A stretch of 64,000 bases of DNA, from assembly GCA_902826835.1 (NCBI GenBank), contig CADEGH010000001.1:290859-354858 (forward strand), in the 5' to 3' direction. Below the pieces are notes generated by a model. It did not search any database, was not told the DNA's origin, and saw only the letters and a program-made list of their open reading frames with translations. The stretch comes from an uncultured bacterium (GTDB taxonomy: Bacteria > Planctomycetota > GCA-002687715). Shown one piece after another: positions 39,154-47,745 of this stretch. How positions within the stretch are numbered: position 1 is the stretch's first letter; every line of letters starts with the position of its first letter. The position numbers and the translations under genes were made by a program.

Positions 39154-39603
39154 TCAGCGGTCGTGATCGCGGCCTTCGCCCCGATCGCCCATGTCGTCTT
39201 CATCCAATTCGTCGTCCCGGCGGCGCCGAGTCTCGACCAACGGATCCCGCTTCGGCCGCAGGGCTTCCATCTCCGCGTAGGTGCGGAAGGTCGGGAACTC
39301 TTCTTCGAGTGCCGTGACCAGGGCCCGCATGACGTCTTCGTTGATGTTCACTTCGTGGGTGACATTCCCCACGTGCGCCGGATCCAGCGTGAAGTGAGCG
39401 AGGACGTAGGTCCCGCGCTTCTGGTTTTCGATCGGGTAGGCCAGCTTCCGCTCGTCCCAAACCCCGACCTTGGCGAGTTCAGCCCCGTGCTTTTTGAGCA
39501 GGTCCGAGACGATCGTCACCCCTTGGGCGGTCTCGGCGGTGGCCTTGGCGTTGTTCAAAAGGAACATCGCCTCGTACTTCTTGAGCGTGGTCGTCACGAC
39601 CAT
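39154..39603 (-). CDS. rpsF: 30S ribosomal protein S6
   Basis: MVVTTTLKKYEAMFLLNN...TYVLAHFTLDP with an acidic C-terminal tail. In the rpsF-rpsR-rplI order. Confidence 0.85.
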   Translation of the reverse strand: MVVTTTLKKYEAMFLLNNAKATAETAQGVTIVSDLLKKHGAELAKVGVWDERKLAYPIENQKRGTYVLAHFTLDPAHVGNVTHEVNINEDVMRALVTALEEEFPTFRTYAEMEALRPKRDPLVETRRRRDDELDEDDMGDRGEGRDHDR

Positions 39604-39683
39604 CCTCCAGACACTCCGCGACTTACGGGCAAGGCTCGGGCGCAGCGCTTGCTGCTTCGATCCCGAGACCAGGTCCCCCGGAC

Positions 39684-40289
39684 TCAAGCCGGGGGAAAGA
39701 CGCGGTTCCATTGTCGTGCGAGGTCGGCGGCCGATTCACCGGCCAACCAACCCCGCGATACCCGAGCTCCGATGTGGAGGGCTTCGTCGATACGTTCCCG
39801 CTCGGAGTCGAGAAAGGGCGCGAGCACGAAGTCGCGCCACTCGGCGGCGGGCTGGCCACCGATCCCGATCCGAAAACGAGCAATCTCGTCGGTACCGAAG
39901 GTCTCGAGGATCGACTCGAGGCCACGGTGCCCTCCCGAACTGCCTCGGGCGCGCAAACGCACCGAGCCGAGTCCGAGAGCCAGGTCATCCAGCACCACCA
40001 GAAGTGACGAAGGATGGACAGGGTCCTCGCCGAAGACCTGCCGGAGGGCAGGTCCACTGCGATTCATGAAGTCGAGAGGCTTGACCAACCGGCCAGGGCG
40101 CCCCGCCACTTCCCCCTCGGCCGCTGCCGCCGAAGGTGCTTTCGAGGTGAAGATCCACCCCAATTCCGTAGCGACACGATCCACGATGTCGAACCCGACG
40201 TTGTGGCGCGTGCCGCGATAGCGATCGCCCGGATTGCCCAGCCCCACGACGATGCGCAGGTTCGGGGCCGCCTCCGGGCCGGACGTCAC
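39684..40289 (-). CDS. pth: peptidyl-tRNA hydrolase
   Basis: LRIVVGLGNPGDRYRGTRHNVGF...FMNRSGPAL...GGHRGLESI matches Pth motifs. Confidence 0.9.
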   Translation of the reverse strand: MTSGPEAAPNLRIVVGLGNPGDRYRGTRHNVGFDIVDRVATELGWIFTSKAPSAAAAEGEVAGRPGRLVKPLDFMNRSGPALRQVFGEDPVHPSSLLVVLDDLALGLGSVRLRARGSSGGHRGLESILETFGTDEIARFRIGIGGQPAAEWRDFVLAPFLDSERERIDEALHIGARVSRGWLAGESAADLARQWNRVFPPA

Positions 40290-40954
40290 TTCTTCGGGGC
40301 GGGTTTGGCCGCCTTGGCGTCAGCCTTGGGAGCGGTGGCGTCCTTCGGCTTTTTCTCGGTGAGGACCACGGGTTCGGCGGTGCCCTCGGCCGCGGCAGGG
40401 GCCGCGACTTCGGCGGCCTTGTAGTGGTAGCTGACGAGAGTCTTGGTCGCGCGATCCGCGAGTTCGACGCCGTCCGGCAGCTTCACCTGACCCGCTTCGA
40501 TATGGCTTCCGACCACGAGGGCCCCGATCGGGACCTCGATCTTTTCCGGCGCCTTGCGAGGGAGGCAGCGGATCAACAGGTCTCGGTTGAGGTACTCGAC
40601 CATGGCCCCGGCGGTGGGGACGGGAGTTCCGACGAACTCCACGCTCACCGTCATCTCGGTCGGCTTGGTGTCGTCAACTCGCTGGAAGTCGAGGCAAGCG
40701 AAGTCCTTGCCGAGGCTGTCGTAGCCCACCGCCCGAAGCAAACTCACCTGAGTGAGCTCGCCCATGCGGAGCTCGAACATGCGTCGCCCCTTCTTGAAGT
40801 GGGTCTCGAAGAGCTTGGTATCGACGGTGAGCGAAGCGTTGGCGCGGCCGAGGCCGTAGAGGACGGCCGGAATTCGGCCGGCCGCGCGGGTGCGGCGACT
40901 GTCGGCGGAGCCGAGTTTCTCACGACGAGCGACATCCAAAGGCACCAGTTCCAT
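40286..40954 (-). CDS. rplY: 50S ribosomal protein L25 / general stress protein Ctc
   Basis: RRTRAAGRIPAVLYGLGRANASLTVD... L25 beta-barrel domain plus an Ala/Lys-rich C-terminal tail. 4-nt overlap with pth. Confidence 0.85.
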   Translation of the reverse strand: MELVPLDVARREKLGSADSRRTRAAGRIPAVLYGLGRANASLTVDTKLFETHFKKGRRMFELRMGELTQVSLLRAVGYDSLGKDFACLDFQRVDDTKPTEMTVSVEFVGTPVPTAGAMVEYLNRDLLIRCLPRKAPEKIEVPIGALVVGSHIEAGQVKLPDGVELADRATKTLVSYHYKAAEVAAPAAAEGTAEPVVLTEKKPKDATAPKADAKAAKPAPKK

Positions 40955-41041
40955 GACTCATTCTCCGGCCAACCCCGATCGGGCTGCGCCTCAATTCCGC
41001 GCCGGTTGGTCCGCTTAGCCCGGGTCGACCGGACCTCACCC

Positions 41042-42340
41042 CTACCGTGAATTAGTTCCGCCCCGTTTCCGGGTTGGCTTGGCCGCCACGTCACCCCCGA
41101 GGGGACGGGCCGGCACCCCGACTACGGTGCTCCCAGGCAGGACATCATGGCCGGCCAACACGACACTCCCCGCTCCGGTGCGGGCGGCCCGACCGATGCG
41201 GACGGGTGCCACTAAGACGGTCGAGGACCCGAGGGAGGCTTCGTCGCCGACCCAGGTGGGCCACTTTCGCTTGCCGTCGAAGTTGGCAGTGATCGTGCCG
41301 GCGCCGACGTTGACGTCGCGCCCGAGTTCAGCATCACCGAGGTAGGACAGGTGGAGCGCTCGGGAGCCGGGGCCCAACTTGGACGCCTTCATCTCCACGA
41401 AATTGCCGACTCGCGCCCCGTCACCGAGCGATGCGCCATCGCGGAGTTGGACGAAGGGTCCGACCGCGCAATGGGCGGCGATGGTAACACCCCGCCTCAG
41501 CACCACAAACGGATGGATGAGGGTCCCCGCGCCGATCTCCACCCCTACCTCCAGGTAAGTCGAATCGGGGTCGGAGAAGAGCACCCCGGCGGCGGTGTGT
41601 TCCGCCACGAGGCGCGCCTTGAGGAGGCGCCGCGCTTCGATCAACTCGGTCGGCCGATTGACGCCCCGAGCCTCATCGGGATCGCCCAGGCGCTGGGCCA
41701 AGGCGCGTCCCGCGCAAAGCCCAACGAGGTCGGTGAGGTAGTACTCGCCCTGAGAGTTCTTCTTCCCGACCGAGGGCAATTGTCGCCTCAGCGCTTCCAC
41801 CTTGACGAGGTACTGCCCGGAGTTGATTTCCGAGATCGTGCGCTCCTCCGGCAGCGCATCTTTTTCCTCGACGATCCGGAGGAACTCGCCGCGGACGCTG
41901 CGGATGATGCGGCCCAGGCCGCTGGGGTTGGCCACCTCGGCGGTCAGGGCCGAGAGGTCGACCCCGGACTTGCGGTGGGTTCCGAGTGCTTGCACGAGCG
42001 ACTCCCCACGAATCAGGGGGCAATCGCCGTTCAGGATCGCGATGTCGGCGCCCCGCAGCGGCAGTTTTCCGAGGGCCTGCTTCACAGCATGCCCCGTGCC
42101 GAGTGGCTTGGCTTGGCGGGCAAAGCTGACGAGTGGCTCGGAACCGAAGGCAGCTCGCATCGCCGGCAGGTGTTTGCCGCCCACGATGATGATCGCACTG
42201 GGCTTGAGCGCCCGCGCGGCATCCACGACATGGCCGAGCAGCGGGCGGCCCAAGAGGTCGACAAAGACCTTGGGCACCGGGCTCTGCATGCGCTTGCCCT
42301 CGCCCGCCGCCAAGATCACCACCACCGTCTTGCGCGCCAT
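41042..42340 (-). CDS. glmU: bifunctional UDP-N-acetylglucosamine pyrophosphorylase / glucosamine-1-phosphate N-acetyltransferase
   Basis: VVILAAGEGKRMQSPVPKV nucleotidyltransferase N-domain and a C-terminal left-handed beta-helix acetyltransferase domain. Confidence 0.85.
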   Translation of the reverse strand: MARKTVVVILAAGEGKRMQSPVPKVFVDLLGRPLLGHVVDAARALKPSAIIIVGGKHLPAMRAAFGSEPLVSFARQAKPLGTGHAVKQALGKLPLRGADIAILNGDCPLIRGESLVQALGTHRKSGVDLSALTAEVANPSGLGRIIRSVRGEFLRIVEEKDALPEERTISEINSGQYLVKVEALRRQLPSVGKKNSQGEYYLTDLVGLCAGRALAQRLGDPDEARGVNRPTELIEARRLLKARLVAEHTAAGVLFSDPDSTYLEVGVEIGAGTLIHPFVVLRRGVTIAAHCAVGPFVQLRDGASLGDGARVGNFVEMKASKLGPGSRALHLSYLGDAELGRDVNVGAGTITANFDGKRKWPTWVGDEASLGSSTVLVAPVRIGRAARTGAGSVVLAGHDVLPGSTVVGVPARPLGGDVAAKPTRKRGGTNSR

Positions 42341-42430
42341 CGTGGAGCCACCTTCCCAGGCAAAGACCCGGGCCCGGCCGGAGGAAACGACAAGGCCCGA
42401 CCGTCAGCCGGTCGGGCCTGTTTTGTCCAT

Positions 42431-42501
42431 TACCCTGCTAGGACTCGAACCTAGAATGAGAGAATCAGAATCTCTAGTGTTACCAATTACACCACAGGGT
42501 A
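42431..42501 (-). tRNA. tRNA-Gln (anticodon CUG)
   Basis: The reverse complement folds as TACCCTG-TG-GTGT-AATTGGTA-ACAC-T-AGAGA-TTCTGAT-TCTCT-CATT-CTAGG-TTCGAGT-CCTAG-CAGGGTA-A. Anticodon CTG. Confidence 0.8.
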
Positions 42502-42644
42502 GTGATGCCGAACGCCGCGTGAACGGCCGTCCGCGCGCCCATCTTAGCCAACGCCCTACCCCCCTCAAGATACCCGCACGTAGCCCACTTCGAGTGATCG
42601 CGGTTGTCTTCCCCCCTGGCTTCTCGCTACAACACGGCCCACGC

Positions 42645-42716
42645 TGCCCTGTGGTGTAATCGGTAACACACCAGATTTTGATTCTGAGATTCCAGGTTCG
42701 AGTCCTGGCGGGGCAA
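42645..42716 (+). tRNA. tRNA-Gln (anticodon UUG)
   Basis: TGCCCTG-TG-GTGT-AATCGGTA-ACAC-A-CCAGA-TTTTGAT-TCTGA-GATT-CCAGG-TTCGAGT-CCTGG-CGGGGCA-A. Anticodon TTG. 27-43 mismatch. Confidence 0.8.
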
Positions 42717-43979
42717 TCAGGTTTCGAGTTCGCGGCGCAAAAGATCGAGCGCCGCCGCCACCGCACGCTCCCGCACGAGTTCCCGATCTCCGGGGATGAC
42801 GCGCTGCTCCACCGTGGTCCCCCGGGGTCCGGCCAGGGCGAAATAGACGAGCCCCACCGGCTTTTGCGGAGTCCCCCCGGTCGGCCCCGCCACCCCGGTG
42901 GTCGACAGGCCAAAAGTGGTCGACGCGCCGCGCCTGACTCCTTCGGCCATCGCGGCGGCAACCTCGGCGCTCACCGCGCCATGGCTGCGCAGGAGTGCTT
43001 CCTGCACCCCCAGCCAGCTCTGTTTTTGCGCGTTGGCGTAGGCCACGACCCCACCTTCGAACACCGACGAGATGCCGGGCACTCCCACCAGGGCGTTGCA
43101 AATCGATCCTCCCGTGATCGACTCGGCAACCGCGAGGGTCGCTCCGTGGGCCAGCAACTCGCGAAAGACCGCGGTGGCCAAGTCCGGCGCCGACCGACGC
43201 ACGACCGCACCGCCCAGACGCTCTCGGACTTGCCCCAGCACCTCCATGACGAGTTGGCGCGCCCGCGACTCGTCGGTCCGGCGACACTCCGCCACGATGC
43301 GAACGACCCCCTCGGTCGGATAGCTGCCGACCGAGACTTCGGCGCCCCGGGCCATGAGATCGGCGAGCCTGCGACCGATCTCGGATTCAGGCAAGCCGAC
43401 CACGATCACGGAGTCGCGAACCGTGGCAGTGAGACCGAGTCCTTGGGTCTGAATGCCCTTGAGGCTCGGTTCGAGCATCACCTTGAGCTCGCGAGGGACT
43501 CCCGGGAGGGCGAGAATTTGACTCGCGGGGCCCGCCCAGTGAATTCCGGGCGCGGTTCCGATGGGGTTGTCGATGGGCCGAGCGCCTCGCGGAAGCAGTG
43601 CCTGCCGTCGATTCTCGGCCGACAGCCCCCGAGAAGAGCGCACGAGGGCTCGCTCGACGACCGCGAGCGCCTCCGGATCCTCCGCGAGTTCGACTCCCGC
43701 GAACCGCGCGATTCCCTCGCGAGTCACGTCATCTGCGGTGGGCCCGAGCCCACCCCCGACGATGACGACCCGAGCCTGGCTCGCCGCCACCCGCAAGTGA
43801 GCGACGATCGCCTCGATGTCATCCCCCACCGTGCTGCGATGGACGACTCGCCAGCCCTGGGCTTCGAGTTCGCGTGCCACCAGGGCCGCGTTGGTGTCGA
43901 CGACCCGGCCGGACAAGACTTCGTCCCCGACGCTCACGATGGCGGCGGTCCCGGGAGGCGGAATCTGCGCTTGGTTCAC
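42717..43979 (-). CDS. cinA: competence/damage-inducible protein CinA (MoCF-binding domain plus CinA C-terminal domain)
   Basis: AAIVSVGDEVLSGRVVDTNAALVA...VIVGGGLGPTADDVTRE (MoCF domain). C-terminal AVAESITGGSICNALVGVPGISSVFEGGVVAYANAQK. The probable GTG start overlaps the tatC stop (GTGA). Confidence 0.8.
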   Translation of the reverse strand: MNQAQIPPPGTAAIVSVGDEVLSGRVVDTNAALVARELEAQGWRVVHRSTVGDDIEAIVAHLRVAASQARVVIVGGGLGPTADDVTREGIARFAGVELAEDPEALAVVERALVRSSRGLSAENRRQALLPRGARPIDNPIGTAPGIHWAGPASQILALPGVPRELKVMLEPSLKGIQTQGLGLTATVRDSVIVVGLPESEIGRRLADLMARGAEVSVGSYPTEGVVRIVAECRRTDESRARQLVMEVLGQVRERLGGAVVRRSAPDLATAVFRELLAHGATLAVAESITGGSICNALVGVPGISSVFEGGVVAYANAQKQSWLGVQEALLRSHGAVSAEVAAAMAEGVRRGASTTFGLSTTGVAGPTGGTPQKPVGLVYFALAGPRGTTVEQRVIPGDRELVRERAVAAALDLLRRELET

Positions 43980-45325
43980 TGGCGGTAACTCTGGCCCGCG
44001 TTCACCTTGGCGAACTCTTGCACGAGCCCAGGCCAATTCTCGCTCGATGAGGGAGCGGTGAGGCCGGTGAGTCGAGGCAAAATAGCGTGGACCACCGACA
44101 GGGTTTCGTCCGAGCCGTATTCGAGCGCCATTTCGAGCGCGGGCAAGAGCCGATCCCAGGCAACCTGATCAGGCCGATGGAAGGCGTAGCTCACGACCCC
44201 GGCGTCGGTGTGCAGCACCGAGAGATGCCGGCCATGGCGATCTGCGATCTGGGTTTTGGTCCGCGCGATCTTCAGTTCGATCACTGCGAATCGTTCTTTG
44301 CCGCCCAAGATCCAGCACTCCTGGTCGGGCGCTTGAACAGTTCGGAAGGCGTGCAGCGGAGTTTCGCCGAGAAGCTCGGGCTCGGCCAAGAGCTCGCTGA
44401 ACTTGGGGGCCCCCTCCCGGTCGAGCGTGAGGGCATCAGCAGCATCGCCCCTCGCCCGAAGGCTCATGACCGGACGCCACAGCACCGCGCCGAGCGCGAG
44501 CACCACGACCAGTTTGATGGCGCGACGTCGAAGGATTGCCTGGTCGAGTGGCGGCCGTTTCGATCCCAGCACGAACCACGACAGCACGATGCCGACTTCG
44601 TAGAGGAGGCAGAGCGGAACCGCGAGCAGAGTCTGGGTGATGGGGTCGGGAGGAGTGACTACCGCCGCCACGACGAAGATGCCCAGGATCACCCAGCGCC
44701 GCTTGGTGCGGAATTGTTCGATGCTGATCAAGCCAGTTCGCGACACGCCCATCATCGCGACCGGCAGTTGGAACGCGATGCCCAAGAGGATCGTGAGCGT
44801 CGCGAAGAAGGAGAGGTACTCACTCAGTCCGATCCACGGCTGCACGAGATTTTGATCGCCGAAGGTGATCAAATATCCGAGCCCGATCGGAAGTAGAACC
44901 CAGTAACCGAAGCCCACTCCAATGAAGAACAGGACCATGCAGGCCGGCGCGTAGCGGTAAACCGTGCGCCGCTCTCGGGAGTAAAGGCCAGCCGCGATGA
45001 ACCCCCAGATCTGCCAGATCCAAAATGGGGCGGTCAGGATGAGACCGGCGATGAACGAGACCTTCATCGCGACGAACACCCCCTGAGCGACGCCGACAGT
45101 CTTCAGGGTGGGATCCTGCCGCAGCTCATCCATCGCCGCCCGATACGGACGCACGATGAAGGCGAGAATCTCCTGGTTGAACGCAAAACAGGCGACGAGT
45201 CCCAACACCGAGATCACGACCGCTTTGAACAAGCGGGACCGGAGCTCCTCCAGATGCGAGGAGAACGGCATGCGAGTGCCGGCAATCTCGTTTTCGTCTT
45301 GGGGGACTATCTCTGAACTCGACAC
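43976..45325 (-). CDS. tatC: Sec-independent twin-arginine translocase subunit TatC with about 190-aa C-terminal extension
   Basis: MPFSSHLEELRSRLFKAVVISVLGLVACFAFNQEILAFIVRPY... and six TatC-like TM helices through about residue 250. An extra TM segment (AIKLVVVLALGAVLWRPVM) and about 170 further residues of unknown function follow. Confidence 0.75.
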   Translation of the reverse strand: MSSSEIVPQDENEIAGTRMPFSSHLEELRSRLFKAVVISVLGLVACFAFNQEILAFIVRPYRAAMDELRQDPTLKTVGVAQGVFVAMKVSFIAGLILTAPFWIWQIWGFIAAGLYSRERRTVYRYAPACMVLFFIGVGFGYWVLLPIGLGYLITFGDQNLVQPWIGLSEYLSFFATLTILLGIAFQLPVAMMGVSRTGLISIEQFRTKRRWVILGIFVVAAVVTPPDPITQTLLAVPLCLLYEVGIVLSWFVLGSKRPPLDQAILRRRAIKLVVVLALGAVLWRPVMSLRARGDAADALTLDREGAPKFSELLAEPELLGETPLHAFRTVQAPDQECWILGGKERFAVIELKIARTKTQIADRHGRHLSVLHTDAGVVSYAFHRPDQVAWDRLLPALEMALEYGSDETLSVVHAILPRLTGLTAPSSSENWPGLVQEFAKVNAGQSYRQ

Positions 45326-45408
45326 GGCGGCGTCACCTCGGAAGCAAACGCCAAGGCCCTGCCTACCCGTTCAGGGCGGCAGGGCCTTGTGACTCGAGCG
45401 ACCTACTT

Positions 45409-46740
45409 TCAGCGCTGGAGGAAGGGTTCGAGGTCCTTCGGACGGATCATCTCGATACCCCAGGTCTGGGCGTTTTTGTACTCGGGCGACTCGGTGAGTT
45501 CGTCCGCGTCCTCGGTCTCCTTCTCGCCAACCACGACGAAGTCGGTGCGCGTGCTCACCTTCTTCTCGATCACCGCGCCGAAACTCTCAAGGATTCGCTC
45601 GGCCACTTCGCGGGTGTAGCGACCCGGCGTCTGGCCGAGGAACACGAAACGAACCGCCTTGTCAGGATTATTCGTGGGGTTGGGATTGAAGATCGGGTTG
45701 TAGAGCCAGTCGTCGGCATCGATCCCGCCCTTGCCGGGCACGGTCTCGTCGATGCGCGCCACCGACATGTCCGGGCGGGTGTCGGTCACGGTGACCCAAC
45801 CCTTGTGAATCTTCTCCCCGCCCTTGCCCGTCTCGTAGACCTTGAAGCGGGTGCCGCGGCGGAGTTGGTCCTGGCTGCTGATGCTGATCAAGCAGATTCC
45901 GGATTCGGAGTCGGCGCTCAGGACCTTGCCATCCGGCGTTTCCTTGGCGCGCTCGATGCGCAGTTCGCTCTTGATCGAGCGAACTTGCCCTTCGAGCTCG
46001 TTCTTCTGCGCGAGTGCGTCGTTGCGGCTCGTGTTCAGGCTCTCACGCTCGACCTTCGACTCGTCCACGAGGGTCGAGATCTTGGTCTGCACCTCGGTGT
46101 TGGTCTGCTCGAGCGCGTCGTTGATGGCCTTGAGCGCGCTCTGAGACGCGCCGTGCGTCGCGGTGGCCGCCGACAACTGGTCGGCGTGAGCCTTTTTCAG
46201 AGACTCGATCTCCGCTGACTTGGCGGCGATCTCGGCGTCCTTCTGCACGATCGTGGTCTGGAGGCTCGTCACTTCGGCCTTCTTGGCGAGGTAACGGGTC
46301 ACCGGAATCTCGATCGCTTCCATCAGATTCTGGGGCTGGAGTGCGCCTTCATCGACGCGAGCGAGCACCTCAGAAATCTTGGTTTCGACGCCAGTGGTGA
46401 AGGGCTTGACCGTCTCCTGGGCGAGGGCATCGGGAACCGTGCCTTCCTGCACCGGGAAGCTCGTCGGAAATCCTCCGCCGATCTTGCCGGCGAACGAGTT
46501 GTGGTAGTCGCGAGCCCAGGCCGAGCGCTGCGCTTCGAAGTTGGAGCGGTTGCGCTCGCTCTGCAGGCGCGTCGAGAGCTCTTCGTTCTCTTGGAGCTGC
46601 AGGAACCAGAGGGTGCCGAAGATCAGCGCCAGGACGAGCACCATGACGAGGAAGAGGATGTTGACGGCTCCCCTCTCGCGGCTAAGGACCAGCATCAGTT
46701 CAGTCTCCCGTCGGTCGGGCGCCGAAGGCGTCCTCCGCAT
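45409..46740 (-). CDS. membrane-anchored coiled-coil protein with C-terminal BRCT-like domain
   Basis: N-terminal TM helix VNILFLVMVLVLALIFGTLWFL. Long coiled coil. Small beta-rich module. The C-terminal RFVFLGQTPGRYTREVAERILESFGAVIEKKVSTRTDFVVVGE...AQTWGIEMIRPKDLEPFL resembles a BRCT domain. The start (46740 or 46695) is uncertain because the upstream frame overlaps divergent sequence. Confidence 0.5.
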   Translation of the reverse strand: MRRTPSAPDRRETELMLVLSRERGAVNILFLVMVLVLALIFGTLWFLQLQENEELSTRLQSERNRSNFEAQRSAWARDYHNSFAGKIGGGFPTSFPVQEGTVPDALAQETVKPFTTGVETKISEVLARVDEGALQPQNLMEAIEIPVTRYLAKKAEVTSLQTTIVQKDAEIAAKSAEIESLKKAHADQLSAATATHGASQSALKAINDALEQTNTEVQTKISTLVDESKVERESLNTSRNDALAQKNELEGQVRSIKSELRIERAKETPDGKVLSADSESGICLISISSQDQLRRGTRFKVYETGKGGEKIHKGWVTVTDTRPDMSVARIDETVPGKGGIDADDWLYNPIFNPNPTNNPDKAVRFVFLGQTPGRYTREVAERILESFGAVIEKKVSTRTDFVVVGEKETEDADELTESPEYKNAQTWGIEMIRPKDLEPFLQR

Positions 46741-47058
46741 CAAACTCGCCTCGATCCGTCGCCGGGTTCCCGTGGACACCCCTGCGACCTCACGAAGCCT
46801 TGGGCGCGGAGCAGGCCCCGCTGCCGATTCCATCTTTGCGTCCGCCACCCCCGGGTAGCGAAGGCGTTCCCTAATCTTCTCCGAAAGCAGGGCTGCCTTG
46901 CAAGGCACACCCGGCCCTCGGACCGGTTCCAAACCAGGGCGGGATTGTAGGTGGGGGGGCGAAGGGTAGTCAAGGCGGGGTAGAGTGCGACGCCCAGTTC
47001 GGCCGAAACCACCGAAATTCCGCCGAGAAAGTCGCAATCCGCGGCCCCCCTCACCCCC

Positions 47059-47745
47059 ATGTCCATCGAAAAAGTCGGACCACCGTCCTCGGGTAGCCCA
47101 CCCTCCCCCCCCGTCTTGGGCCTCGTGGGGGGGGTCGGCTCCGGCAAGTCGACGGTGGCGAAAATCTTGGCGCGCCACGGGGCGGCGGTCTTGGATGCCG
47201 ATCGCGCCGCCCACGAGGTGCTGAGGGAGCCCGAGGTCGTCCAGGCGCTCGTGGGCCACTTCGGATCGGGAGTGCTCGGACCCGATCAAACAATCGATCG
47301 CAAGCGGCTCGGGCAACTCGTGTTCGGGGCGGACCAAGTCGAGAGCCGCCGCTTCCTCGAACAACTCGTTCACCCCAAAACTCGCGACCGCCTTCGCGCC
47401 ACTCGGAGCGAACTGCAGGCCCGTCGACCTCCTCCCCGGTGCCTGGTGCTGGATGTCCCGCTGCTTCTGGAGGGGCCGCTGTCGGAGTGGTGCGATGTGG
47501 TGATCTTCATCGACACGCCTCTCGAAGTACGCCGCGCCCGCTGCGTTCGAGATCGGCAGTGGTCGGAGGATGAACTGTCGAAGCGGGAGGCGGCGCAACT
47601 CGGAATCGACGCGAAACGAACCCGATCGCGGGAGGTCATCTCCAATCGCGGCAGCCACGCCGAGCTTGAGGTCGCAGTGCTCCGGTTGTTGGAGCGACTC
47701 TCGCTCGTCAGCGGCCCGACGGGGGCTCGGCCAACTTCAGATTGA
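47059..47745 (+). CDS. coaE: dephospho-CoA kinase
   Basis: P-loop LGLVGGVGSGKSTVAKILARHGAAVLDADRAAHEVL and FLEQLVHPKTRDRL motifs of CoaE. Confidence 0.8.
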   Translation: MSIEKVGPPSSGSPPSPPVLGLVGGVGSGKSTVAKILARHGAAVLDADRAAHEVLREPEVVQALVGHFGSGVLGPDQTIDRKRLGQLVFGADQVESRRFLEQLVHPKTRDRLRATRSELQARRPPPRCLVLDVPLLLEGPLSEWCDVVIFIDTPLEVRRARCVRDRQWSEDELSKREAAQLGIDAKRTRSREVISNRGSHAELEVAVLRLLERLSLVSGPTGARPTSD

